Virus record (IMG/VR): IMGVR_UViG_3300025810_000007
Coordinates: 1 to 57,845 of that record
Length of the DNA: 57,845 nt
Source: a virus
Taxonomy: Duplodnaviria > Caudoviricetes
Reading direction: 5' to 3' (one strand)
This document shows, one piece after another, positions 33,189 to 42,938 of this stretch. The first letter of the stretch is position 1. Every line of letters starts with the position of its first letter. The translations under genes were made by a program, and so were the position numbers. Under the pieces are notes generated by a model, which saw nothing but the letters and a program-made list of their open reading frames with translations, had not been told where the DNA came from and ran no database searches.

Positions 33189-34619
33189 ATGAATTATAAA
33201 TTTAAAACTAAACCTTATGCACATCAATTAACTGCATTGGAAAAATCTTGGAACAAAGAAAACTTTGCTTACTTCATGGAAATGGGTACAGGCAAAACAA
33301 AAGTTTTGATTGATAATATGTCTATGCTTTATGACAAAGGTAAAGTTGATGGTGCATTAATCATAGCTCCCAAAGGTGTTATAAAAACCTGGTATGAGCA
33401 AGAGCTTCCTGCGCACTTACCAAACCATATAGAGAATGTGACTGTATTATGGCAAGCTAATATTACAAAAGGACAACAAGAAAAACTAGAAAGCCTGTTT
33501 GAAATAGAGACTGCATTACATATTTTAATTATGAATGTTGAAGCTTTATCTACAGACAAAGGTGTAAAGTTTGCTGGTAAATTTTTAAACTCACACAAAG
33601 TCATAATGGCTATTGATGAGTCTACAACTATTAAAACACCTACAGCTAAACGAACTAAAAATATTATAGATCTTGGTAAATATGCAAAATATAAAAGAAT
33701 AATGACAGGTTCTCCTGTTACTAAAAATCCTTTAGATTTGTATTCTCAATGTGAATTTTTAGATCCTTATCTGTTAGATTTTACTTCTTATTATGCGTTT
33801 CGTAATAGGTATGCAGAAATGAAAACTATGCATCTTCGTGGTAGATCAATACAGGTTGTAGACGAGTTTAAAAATCTTGGAGAGTTATCTGACACTGTAA
33901 AAACTTTTTCTGAAAGAATTTTAAAAGAGGATTGTTTAGATTTACCACCAAAAAATTTTATTAAACGACATATTGTTCTTACAGGTGAACAAAGAAAAGC
34001 TTACGATCAAATGAAGAAAGCAGCTATGGCTGTATTAAACGGTAAAGTTACAACTACTATGACAGTGTTAACGCAGCTAATGAGACTACATCAAATTACA
34101 TGTGGACATTTTACAGCTGATGATGGTTCAGTTCAGTTAATTGAAAACAATAGAATAAAAGAACTAATGAATGTATTAGAAGAAACAGAAGGTAAAGCTA
34201 TAATTTGGGCTAACTATCAGAGAGATATTACAAATATAATAGAAAATATTATTAAAGTTTATGGTCCAGGGTCCGTGGTTGATTATTATGGATTAACGCC
34301 ACAAGAAGAACGACAAGATAATATTAAAAAGTTTCAAAATAATAAGAACTGTAGATTTATCGTAGGCACAACACAAACAGGTGGTTATGGCATTACACTT
34401 ACACAAGCAAACACAGTTATATATTATTCTAATGGGTATGATTTAGAAAAAAGATTACAGTCAGAAGATAGAGCACACAGAATAGGCCAAACCAAATCAG
34501 TGACATATGTGGACTTAATTGCTGAAGATACAGTTGATGAAAAAATCGTGAAAGCTTTACGCGATAAAATAAATATAGCATCTGAAGTATTAGGAGAGGA
34601 GTTAAAACAATGGATATAA
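33189..34619 (+). CDS. SNF2-like SF2 helicase
   Basis: PYAHQ, EMGTGKT, IDES, MTGSP, GYGITLT, QSEDRAHRIGQ. Confidence 0.92.
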   Translation: MNYKFKTKPYAHQLTALEKSWNKENFAYFMEMGTGKTKVLIDNMSMLYDKGKVDGALIIAPKGVIKTWYEQELPAHLPNHIENVTVLWQANITKGQQEKLESLFEIETALHILIMNVEALSTDKGVKFAGKFLNSHKVIMAIDESTTIKTPTAKRTKNIIDLGKYAKYKRIMTGSPVTKNPLDLYSQCEFLDPYLLDFTSYYAFRNRYAEMKTMHLRGRSIQVVDEFKNLGELSDTVKTFSERILKEDCLDLPPKNFIKRHIVLTGEQRKAYDQMKKAAMAVLNGKVTTTMTVLTQLMRLHQITCGHFTADDGSVQLIENNRIKELMNVLEETEGKAIIWANYQRDITNIIENIIKVYGPGSVVDYYGLTPQEERQDNIKKFQNNKNCRFIVGTTQTGGYGITLTQANTVIYYSNGYDLEKRLQSEDRAHRIGQTKSVTYVDLIAEDTVDEKIVKALRDKINIASEVLGEELKQWI

Positions 34620-35092
34620 AAGTGCATGAAAACTTTATGGATTACTTTTTGTTTTTAAAATTAAAAGAAACTATGAGCAATCAATATTTTCCTTGGTACA
34701 AAAATCGTATTGTAGATGAAACAGATGATGTTCAAATGGTTCATAATTTTTTTGAGTTTAACAAAATTAACTCTGAATTTTTTGAACTTCTAACCCCTTG
34801 CATAGACCGTTTAAAAGTTGAAAAGTTAATAAGAGTAAAAGCTAATTTAGTTTTACGAACTCCTAAAATACAAGAACATGGTTTTCATATTGACAATCAA
34901 ACATATAAAGAATTTAAAACTGCTATATTATATATAAACTCTAATAATGGTTATACTCGTTTTGAAAAAAAGAATAAAAAAATTAAAAGTGAAGAAAATA
35001 AATTAATAGATTTTAATGGTCGTTTACAACATACAGGAACTAGTTGTACCGATACTCCATATAGAATGGTGATTAATTTTGTTTATCTCTAA
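34610..35092 (+). CDS. 2OG-Fe(II) oxygenase
   Basis: HID, QH, RMVINF; paralog of 19602-20093 (FPW, RVKANL, TAI, SxCTD-like end). Confidence 0.8.
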   Translation: MDIKVHENFMDYFLFLKLKETMSNQYFPWYKNRIVDETDDVQMVHNFFEFNKINSEFFELLTPCIDRLKVEKLIRVKANLVLRTPKIQEHGFHIDNQTYKEFKTAILYINSNNGYTRFEKKNKKIKSEENKLIDFNGRLQHTGTSCTDTPYRMVINFVYL

Positions 35093-35565
35093 ACTAAATC
35101 TTTAGCTTTTCCCATTACAGGTTTGTATTTTGTTTTACCTTCTGATTTAAATGCATGTAAAAATGATGCTCTTGGTGTTCCTTCTATCCACGAGCAATGT
35201 ATCCATCCGCTATTAGGTTCACCTGGAGTATAGAACTCAAGAATGAGCTGATCTGGTGAAAGGTTTGATTTAATCCAATCAAAAAGTTCAGCATTATCAA
35301 CTCCCACACATTCGAAATCTGCCGCTTCAGCTTTTGCATGCTGCGACCGTGCCGAGCTGCCGATGGCTTCACACAGCGCTACGCTACGGAAACCGCTGGT
35401 AATCTTAACCCTGCCAAAATGGTCACGTACCGGCTGCAAAATATTTTCACATAATGCTTTTAATTTTTCTACTTGTTCTGCGTTAGGATTATTATTGATA
35501 CCCCTACGGATCGCTGTGTCCGATTTGATTAATTCTGACAAAGTAAAATTACGTGTAAGTTGCAT
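35089..35565 (-). CDS. Peptidase M15 endolysin
   Basis: NFTLSEL, SGFR, SQH-x6-D (SQHAKAEAAD), WIHCS. Confidence 0.88.
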   Translation of the reverse strand: MQLTRNFTLSELIKSDTAIRRGINNNPNAEQVEKLKALCENILQPVRDHFGRVKITSGFRSVALCEAIGSSARSQHAKAEAADFECVGVDNAELFDWIKSNLSPDQLILEFYTPGEPNSGWIHCSWIEGTPRASFLHAFKSEGKTKYKPVMGKAKDLV

Positions 35566-35567
35566 TT

Positions 35568-36236
35568 TTAATATTTTATATTAAACTTTATACCATCTTT
35601 TGGATTAAATTTGTAATTATTTCCTAACATACTTTTAACATTTTTCATGTGTTCTATTATGCTAGTAGGCATATCTTGTAAAAAACAATTTGTACTATAC
35701 CTTACGCCTTTTGTTATTGGTTTTACTTCGTGGACCCAAAAATAATCTGCAGGAAATATTAAAGCATCTCCTCTTTTTAATTTTATTTTTTTCTTTCCTC
35801 TAAAAAATGTAAACTCACCACCTTCATATTCTTCATTTAAATTAAATGTACAAGATCCATAAACATGAGGGTCATGATCTGTATGAGGGTGTATTTTAGC
35901 TCCTGTTTCATATTTCATTAATCTTAACTTATGTGCATACAACATACTTTTTCTTTTCCATTTATGAAACATTTTAAATTCATCTGTATAGTCTTGCCAC
36001 ATATTAATTATTTTTTCTATAGATGAAGAAACTAATTCATTTTCTTTTGTTCCGTACGTAATATCTATTACATCAAAAGTAGAAAGTGTGTTAATTCCTG
36101 TTTCAGCGTGAGGACAATATTCTTTAGTTTTTTTAATTTTATTTTTTTCATAAAATTTAATTAAAGAATCACATTGTTTTTTTGATAAAAAATTAGGTTT
36201 GTGTAAAATTAATTTAGTAATGTCAAAGGTGTTCAT
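35568..36236 (-). CDS. 2OG-Fe(II) oxygenase (prolyl-4-hydroxylase-like)
   Basis: NFLS, HTD, YEGGEF, WVHEV, GVRYS; start placed at 36236. Confidence 0.85.
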   Translation of the reverse strand: MNTFDITKLILHKPNFLSKKQCDSLIKFYEKNKIKKTKEYCPHAETGINTLSTFDVIDITYGTKENELVSSSIEKIINMWQDYTDEFKMFHKWKRKSMLYAHKLRLMKYETGAKIHPHTDHDPHVYGSCTFNLNEEYEGGEFTFFRGKKKIKLKRGDALIFPADYFWVHEVKPITKGVRYSTNCFLQDMPTSIIEHMKNVKSMLGNNYKFNPKDGIKFNIKY

Positions 36237-36238
36237 TT

Positions 36239-36415
36239 TTATGCAAGGTCTGTAAGTAAAGTTATAAGGACAGCCCCCATACCTCCTACTATCCAATACT
36301 CTAATCTTTTAATTCGTTCTTGCATTTCTTTTATTTGTTCAAAGGTTTGCTTTTGCATTATTCTGCAAAGCTTTTCATGTGATTCAATTTTTTGTAATGC
36401 CGATTTTTTTGCCAT
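36239..36415 (-). CDS. 58-aa coiled-coil + C-terminal TM protein (XhlA/holin-like, absent from ORF track)
   Basis: Hand translation MAKKSALQKIESHEKLC...RIKRLEYWIVGGMGAVLITLLTDLA*; TAATG coupling; near the endolysin. Confidence 0.65.
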   Translation of the reverse strand: MAKKSALQKIESHEKLCRIMQKQTFEQIKEMQERIKRLEYWIVGGMGAVLITLLTDLA

Positions 36416-39400
36416 TATGTTCTACTCGCTATTACTTGTTCTTCAGGTGATAATAAAGCTTGTTCTGTACGTGTCAAGTTAGTATTTGTAGCTGGTAATC
36501 TTGCAGTTTGCACTATTGGTGTTGGCGTATTTGGTAATGGTGGTGTTTGTATATCAGCTAATTGTGTTGTTTGTTCTTGATTTGGTAAAGAACTTTGATC
36601 TGAACTTTCTTTTTCTTTTAAATATTCTTTTAATTCATCTAATTCAGATTTACCTGGTTGTTCTATTTTAATGCTTTTGTTTTTAAATTCGTTTAATATT
36701 TCTCTAAATAATTTTTTAGGATAAAAATATTCTTTATTAACTGTTTCACCTTCGCCTCTTCTTTCCGCTTCTTTTTGAGCTTCCTTAACTCTGTTTTTCA
36801 TACGCTCATCATATGCAGTATAAGGTATATTTTTACCATCTAATAATTTTTTAGCTTTCGCATAAGGCAGTCTTCTTTTTCTTAATATTTTTAATAACTC
36901 TTTTCTTGGAACACCCATTTTTATTGCATCTTGTAATATCATATGAAAGTCTTTGTTTACTTTTAATGTTTCATTTTGAATTTGTCTAAATTCATCAGCT
37001 AATACGAGCGGTCCTCTGTTTTGATAATTTTCTAAACTAAATATATTTTCAGTTGTTGTTACAGATCTAAACTTATTATTATAATCTGTTACTTTAAATT
37101 GTATAGATTGTGGTCCGTTTACATTAATTATTCTAACACCAGAAAATAATGCAAGTAGTTCATCTCTTAAATTAACTGGTTGACCGCCTCTTTTAATATC
37201 TTGTTCTAAACCTGAAACTAATTTACCTGCAGTTGTAATTGCAGTCGGTTGAACACCTTCTATAATGTGTACAAGACTTTTCATAAAAGCATCTGGTCCG
37301 TCGTCTGTAATTGAATATACTTTTTTTCCTGTTTTAGTTTCACCACCTCTACCACCAATAAATAAACCACTTGGTATTACGTCAGAAACTTTTTCAAAAA
37401 AGATTGCTTCTGAAATAAATGGTTCTAATAGTTTAGCAACAGGGCCATCTCTACCTAACATTAAATTAAAAGCTACATCACCAGCATCTTGTTGTTTTAA
37501 TTTACCTTCTTCTAATGTTTTTAATGCGGCACTAAAAGGCTGTTTTACTACATCGTATGGACTAAAGTATGAGAAGTTAATTGCTTTACCTACACCATCT
37601 TTCCATTTGTTAATTGGTATAATAGCAGCCCTTGAATCCCAAGGAGCTGATAAACTTCTTTTATATGCTTCTATTTGATCATTAGTTATACCTGTTAAAT
37701 TTTGTGCTAATGTAGACACTCCTTTTTCTGCACCGCCAAGTGTTACTAGTGTACCCATAATTCTTCTATAACCGTTTTGTCTTAATTGTGCATTTGATGA
37801 TGTTGCTTCTTTTAATCCAATACTTAATATATTAAATGTTGTTCTAATCATTTCTGCAGGAAACGATACGAAGTTACCAAATGGCAGTTTTCTTATATTT
37901 TTAATTACTTCAGGAACCTTACTATATGTTGGATATGTATTTCTAATTTGCCATGCTGCGGCTTCATCTATAGCATCATCAAATGTTTTAAGTTTACCTG
38001 TAAAAGTATTAACTCTATTAAATTTTCTACCTACAATTTCTTCTGTCCATTTTGCAATATCGTCTACGTTTTTATACATAGATCTCATTTGTGATTTTAC
38101 ATACTCATGACCATACCATTTCCATAAGTTATCACCTCCAGCATAAATTCTTGTTGCTGTTTTTAACATTTTTGTTTCTGATAATTTTGATATTAAACTA
38201 TCTAAATTTTTTACTTTTGCCCCTGCACGTATATCTTTTAATACAGCTTTTAATTCTGATGCTACAATGTTTTCATCAATTACACCAAGACGTATTTTAT
38301 TTTCTAAATTTTTAATAAATTTAGCTTCATCAATTTGTTTACCCGCACCAAATATATCATCCATAACCATCTTAATAGATTCTGTTACAGATGCTCTGCC
38401 GCCGATATGTCCGTTTGCTAACGGAAACATACTAGCAGAAGTTACGTTTCTAACTTGTGTTGCAGGTGAAAGAACTGTTTTACCAAACTGTGTTGCAACT
38501 TTTAACTGTAACATATTTCTGTATGCAGAAGATTGTAATAAACCATCTAGTTTACCTGGTGCACCTTTAATTGCTTTTGCCATATCAGCAGTTGCATATA
38601 GTTTTGATATACCACTTTTTAATATACCTAAACTTTGTAAATCACCTATCTTCGCTGCATCAAAAGCATTTTTAGCAATTGCGTCTGCCTCTGATCTAAA
38701 TAACCAACCTTCATCTAATCCTACTTTAGCTAACTTATCTAAAGTTTGTTTGTTAACAGCTTGTGTAATCGCATGTGATGTTGTTTGTAGCACAGATGAT
38801 TTTAAATTATTTTCTTCACCTAATAATTTTTTAATTGCATCCGGTAATTCTTCTCCTGTTCTTATTAATTTATCAGATCTTAATGTATCTTTAGATACTT
38901 GTTGTAATAATTTTAATGGATCAACTCCATCTGTTTTTGTATTAGTTAAAATTTTATGCACTAAAGAATCTGCATATGCATCTAATGCTTGAGCGTCAGA
39001 CATTTTACCTGTTTTTAAAGTTAGTGCAGATTCTCTTAAATCTTTATTTCTTTTAACTACGTTTTCTAATATCCATTTTTTTGCACCATCTTTTAATTTT
39101 TGATCTGGCATATATTCTGGATTTGTAAATATAGAAAAAGATTTTCTCATATATGTTTTTACATTGTTAATAAGAAAATTTTTAAGATCTCCACTTGGTA
39201 ATAATTCACCAAATATTTTTTTAGTGCTTATCATTTCTTTATTTAAATTTTCAGCTGTTTCTTGTAGAATTTTTGGTAATGCAGATTTTTGAGTCTGTCC
39301 TTTTAAATATGCTAATACTTGATCTAAATAATAATCTTTACTAGCAGGAGATGTAGTGGCTGTATTATACATACCTTCGAAACCTTTAGCTAAATCATAT

Positions 39401-40632
39401 GATTTTTTTTCTATAGATTCTAAATATTTTTCTATTGTTCTAGATCTTGCTTTAATTTCTCTTTTAGCTCCTGACGTAAGTTCAAAACTTGAACCCGTAT
39501 ATTTACCAAGTGATCTAAAACCTGATAAAAAATTATCTACTTTTTTCAATCTTGCTTGTAGTGGATCTTTACTTTTTGTAGAAAACATTCTCCATTTATC
39601 AAATGCAGGTAATTGTTTTGTAGGGTTTCCAGTTAATACTGTTGATAACCCCTTATCAATTGCGTATGAACTTGCATTTCTTATTGCTTTACCGGCTGTT
39701 GTAGATCCTGGTATGTTTGCTAAAAGATATGTTGCAGGTCTAACAACTAATTTATCTACACCAGTTAACGCATAACCTGCTGGTTTCATTAATCCATACT
39801 TCGCACCTACAGTTGCAATCTTTGCAAGTGGTTTACCCATTAATGGAAACAATGCACCTATCAAAGTACCTTCAGCACCAAATCTTAATTTGTTTCTAAA
39901 TCTTGCAAGTGCAAGATCTCTTCCTTGTAGTCCTTCTTCACTTTCTTGTTTTAAAACTAATGATTCTTCACCTGCTCTTTGTCTTGCGCCAGAAGTAATA
40001 AAATCTGTTGCACCAAAAGCTGTTGCCATATAACCAACTCTTTTTGCAAGATTAACTGTTTTTGCTCCTGCACCTGTTGCAGCTGCAGCTGTAGCTGCAT
40101 CTTTAGTTTTTTTAACTTTTAATAATTTATTAGCTCTACTCATTATTTTGAATACAGCGCCACCTGGCATACCGTATTCAATAAGAACTTTATTTACTGT
40201 TCCTAATAATGTTTCGGGATCTTCTACTTTGTTTCGTTCATATTCTGCATCTAACTTTTCTGAAAGGTTAGTATCTCTTGCTGCATCAATTCCGGTAGTA
40301 ATTAAATCACCAAATGAATAAGCTATATTTTGAGCTGCACCAAATATAGACTTTTCCATGTCTTCAAAAAAATCTATGTAATCTTTTTCTTTTGCTCTTT
40401 CTTTACCTTCTGCAAGGTCCGTGATCCGTGGTAAAGACTTATCCATCAACGTAGATAGTTGATAATTTCTTAATGGCGTATTACTCATAGACGCGAGTAA
40501 ATCAGCTGCACCCTTCCAAGTAAATTTTACAGGTTTTTTTTGTTTGGTAAGTGTATTTTTTAAAGAATTAGTTAATGTATTTTTTACAACTTCTTGATCT
40601 AAAATAATCTTATTCTTGTTAAAGGGTTCCAT
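36415..40632 (-). CDS. Large internal virion/ejection protein
   Basis: 1405 aa, helical; last and largest of the genes after the tail module, like T7 gp16 or P22 ejection proteins. Function inferred from position. Confidence 0.6.
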   Translation of the reverse strand: MEPFNKNKIILDQEVVKNTLTNSLKNTLTKQKKPVKFTWKGAADLLASMSNTPLRNYQLSTLMDKSLPRITDLAEGKERAKEKDYIDFFEDMEKSIFGAAQNIAYSFGDLITTGIDAARDTNLSEKLDAEYERNKVEDPETLLGTVNKVLIEYGMPGGAVFKIMSRANKLLKVKKTKDAATAAAATGAGAKTVNLAKRVGYMATAFGATDFITSGARQRAGEESLVLKQESEEGLQGRDLALARFRNKLRFGAEGTLIGALFPLMGKPLAKIATVGAKYGLMKPAGYALTGVDKLVVRPATYLLANIPGSTTAGKAIRNASSYAIDKGLSTVLTGNPTKQLPAFDKWRMFSTKSKDPLQARLKKVDNFLSGFRSLGKYTGSSFELTSGAKREIKARSRTIEKYLESIEKKSYDLAKGFEGMYNTATTSPASKDYYLDQVLAYLKGQTQKSALPKILQETAENLNKEMISTKKIFGELLPSGDLKNFLINNVKTYMRKSFSIFTNPEYMPDQKLKDGAKKWILENVVKRNKDLRESALTLKTGKMSDAQALDAYADSLVHKILTNTKTDGVDPLKLLQQVSKDTLRSDKLIRTGEELPDAIKKLLGEENNLKSSVLQTTSHAITQAVNKQTLDKLAKVGLDEGWLFRSEADAIAKNAFDAAKIGDLQSLGILKSGISKLYATADMAKAIKGAPGKLDGLLQSSAYRNMLQLKVATQFGKTVLSPATQVRNVTSASMFPLANGHIGGRASVTESIKMVMDDIFGAGKQIDEAKFIKNLENKIRLGVIDENIVASELKAVLKDIRAGAKVKNLDSLISKLSETKMLKTATRIYAGGDNLWKWYGHEYVKSQMRSMYKNVDDIAKWTEEIVGRKFNRVNTFTGKLKTFDDAIDEAAAWQIRNTYPTYSKVPEVIKNIRKLPFGNFVSFPAEMIRTTFNILSIGLKEATSSNAQLRQNGYRRIMGTLVTLGGAEKGVSTLAQNLTGITNDQIEAYKRSLSAPWDSRAAIIPINKWKDGVGKAINFSYFSPYDVVKQPFSAALKTLEEGKLKQQDAGDVAFNLMLGRDGPVAKLLEPFISEAIFFEKVSDVIPSGLFIGGRGGETKTGKKVYSITDDGPDAFMKSLVHIIEGVQPTAITTAGKLVSGLEQDIKRGGQPVNLRDELLALFSGVRIINVNGPQSIQFKVTDYNNKFRSVTTTENIFSLENYQNRGPLVLADEFRQIQNETLKVNKDFHMILQDAIKMGVPRKELLKILRKRRLPYAKAKKLLDGKNIPYTAYDERMKNRVKEAQKEAERRGEGETVNKEYFYPKKLFREILNEFKNKSIKIEQPGKSELDELKEYLKEKESSDQSSLPNQEQTTQLADIQTPPLPNTPTPIVQTARLPATNTNLTRTEQALLSPEEQVIASRT

Positions 40633-41733
40633 CTACGCCCCCTGTGGTAATGATAAATTTACGTCGTATTGTTGATTAAATGATGCGATGTCTTCGCCTG
40701 TTTGTATATTTGCAAACTCTAATAATGCTTGTTTACTATTAGCTAATAACTGCACAATATCATTTGATATTTCTTGTGGAAGTCTTGCTCGAAGTTCTGT
40801 GTAAGATAAATCTTGTACTTCTCCTGTTTCTCTTTTTTGATCTACAACAGATCCCATCATAGGATCACCACCTAATCTGTATCCTGCTCTACCACCTTCG
40901 TTATAATAAAATCTTTTCTTTAAGTCTTCAAATGTTAATGCTCTTGCTGCTGCAGTGCCATCAACCATGCTAGGGAACAATGTTAGTGCATCTTCAGGTG
41001 TTTTATCTGGATTAGCATCTAGATAATCTTTTCGTTTTTTATCTTGTTCTTGATTATAAGTAGAAACTACTGTTGTCATTTCTGCATCAAATAATTCTTG
41101 ACTACTAATGATAGCCGCATATTCAGCAGGGACACCTAATTCTTTAACAAGAACATTTTGTTGTACTTTAATTATTCGGTTCGCAGCTTTTTTTTCTGCA
41201 TCTGTTGAGTCTTCATCAGCTATAATGTCTCTTTGTTTAAATATTTCGTTTTGAGCAGTTTCAATAATACCACGTTCTACCTCTGCAGTTTTTCTACTAT
41301 CAGCATCTGCTCCTTCTTTTTTTGCTAGTATGTCATATTCAGAAGCTAATGCACCGGTAAATATATCTTCTGCTGATTTATATTTATCATCTCTTTCAGC
41401 TAGTTTAGCTGCTTGAAATGTTTGAAAAGGTTGTTGTGCAGCTTTAGCAGCTGTAGCTGCTAATCCACCAAAGCCAGTGCCTGTTGGTGTTGCGCTAGCA
41501 AGATTTAAACCAAAAGAAGTTAAAAAACTTGGTAAGCTACCTGGTAATAAAGGTTGTTTTCTACCTTTAAATTTTTGAAGATCTTTCATAGCTCTTTCTG
41601 TTGTTGATAAAGCTCTGTCAAATGGATCAGTTCCGTCTTCAAATTTTTTCCTAGGTGTATCTAAACCTGATGTAATACCAGTTCCTGCAGAACCACCTAT
41701 TCTAAACATTGGTCTTTTTAATACTCTGTTCAT
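40633..41733 (-). CDS. Putative ejection protein
   Basis: RPMFRIGG N-terminus, YNEGGRAGYRLGG, Gly/Ala hydrophobic segment. Confidence 0.55.
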   Translation of the reverse strand: MNRVLKRPMFRIGGSAGTGITSGLDTPRKKFEDGTDPFDRALSTTERAMKDLQKFKGRKQPLLPGSLPSFLTSFGLNLASATPTGTGFGGLAATAAKAAQQPFQTFQAAKLAERDDKYKSAEDIFTGALASEYDILAKKEGADADSRKTAEVERGIIETAQNEIFKQRDIIADEDSTDAEKKAANRIIKVQQNVLVKELGVPAEYAAIISSQELFDAEMTTVVSTYNQEQDKKRKDYLDANPDKTPEDALTLFPSMVDGTAAARALTFEDLKKRFYYNEGGRAGYRLGGDPMMGSVVDQKRETGEVQDLSYTELRARLPQEISNDIVQLLANSKQALLEFANIQTGEDIASFNQQYDVNLSLPQGA

Positions 41734-41735
41734 AT

Positions 41736-42938
41736 TTAACCTTGTCCTGCTAAAACCATACTTCTAAATTCTTCAAAAGACATCGGCATTGCATCCGGTC
41801 TATTTTCTAATAAGTCAAATTTATATTTTTCGTATTCTTCTTTTAATGTATCAATTTCAGCCATTTGCATAATACCTTTTTTATCAGTTCCATCTGCATA
41901 ACCTATTCTACCACCATCTTTTCTACCTAGATATAATCCTGCAAGAGTTGTTCCAATACCAAGAGCTGTTTGTAATGGTGTTGGATTAGGTACAAATGAT
42001 TGTTGTGTTTGACCTGGATAGCCACCCATTAATCCTGTTACTTGTCCTGCATATCTATCTAGTTGTTGTTGCGGTAAGAACGCTGCTTGTCTTGCTGCTT
42101 CTCTGCTTGCATCAGCTTCTGCTTGTGCTTGTGCTTGGTTTATTGCGCCCAATGTTCCAAGTGATGATACGTCTCTGCCTGTAGCAGCTTGTGATGCTGA
42201 TCCTAAAGCCGCTTGTTGTCCAGCTAGTCCTGATCTAAATGCTCCTAGACCTTGTTGTGCTTGAGCTAAACCAAATCTATTTTGAATATCTTGTTGTCTA
42301 GCATTCATTGCTTGACCAAATCCTTGTTGCAAGAGACCGGCTTGTAATAACGCTCGTTCTCTCGCAGCCCCTGTGCCATACTCTGCGAGTTGCACTCCCG
42401 CTCGACCACTGCCGAGCGCACCCAAACTTGCTTGTTGATCTCTGATCTGTTGTTCTTGTATTTGTCTGTTACGATCAAACTCTGCGAGTGTTGCATCAAT
42501 CACTTGTGATTGATAAGGGGACATGAAGTCTGTTACTTCTTGTGTTGTTGGTGCGCCTGTTGAAATAGCCGATAATCCTCCAAGAGCAGATGTTCCTAAT
42601 CCAGAAGCAAGAGATGCTTCTGTCTGTGCTTGTTGTAAGAAAGGTGTAAAAGAACCTATTCCTGCTTGCGCAACTTGTTGTGCTTGTTGTTGCAATGCAT
42701 CTTGACCTGCAACTGTTGGTGCAAGTCCTGCAATGCTTTGTTGTCTAATATCAAATTGTTGTCCTGCTTGTTGTCTTGCTGCAAAATCTTCAGGTGATTC
42801 TCCTGCTAATTGTGTAATACCAGCAGCACCTGGTGCAACAACGGGTACACCAGATTGTGCAACTATTTGTGTTGCTAAATCTGTTCCTAAATCTTCAATA
42901 AATTTTGGTGGCAGTTGCCTTGTTTCTGTAATAGCCAT
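41736..42938 (-). CDS. Putative DNA ejection/pilot protein
   Basis: Q/A/G-rich; FMSPYQSQV, GALGSGRA, KDGGRIGYADG. Confidence 0.6.
   Translation of the reverse strand: MAITETRQLPPKFIEDLGTDLATQIVAQSGVPVVAPGAAGITQLAGESPEDFAARQQAGQQFDIRQQSIAGLAPTVAGQDALQQQAQQVAQAGIGSFTPFLQQAQTEASLASGLGTSALGGLSAISTGAPTTQEVTDFMSPYQSQVIDATLAEFDRNRQIQEQQIRDQQASLGALGSGRAGVQLAEYGTGAARERALLQAGLLQQGFGQAMNARQQDIQNRFGLAQAQQGLGAFRSGLAGQQAALGSASQAATGRDVSSLGTLGAINQAQAQAEADASREAARQAAFLPQQQLDRYAGQVTGLMGGYPGQTQQSFVPNPTPLQTALGIGTTLAGLYLGRKDGGRIGYADGTDKKGIMQMAEIDTLKEEYEKYKFDLLENRPDAMPMSFEEFRSMVLAGQG

Noticed and set aside
37265-39775. Long plus-strand ORFs (74-241 aa)
   Set aside because: Antisense shadows of the 1405-aa gene. 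The same applies to 50174-50758, 51174-51593, 55482-55955 and similar ORFs.
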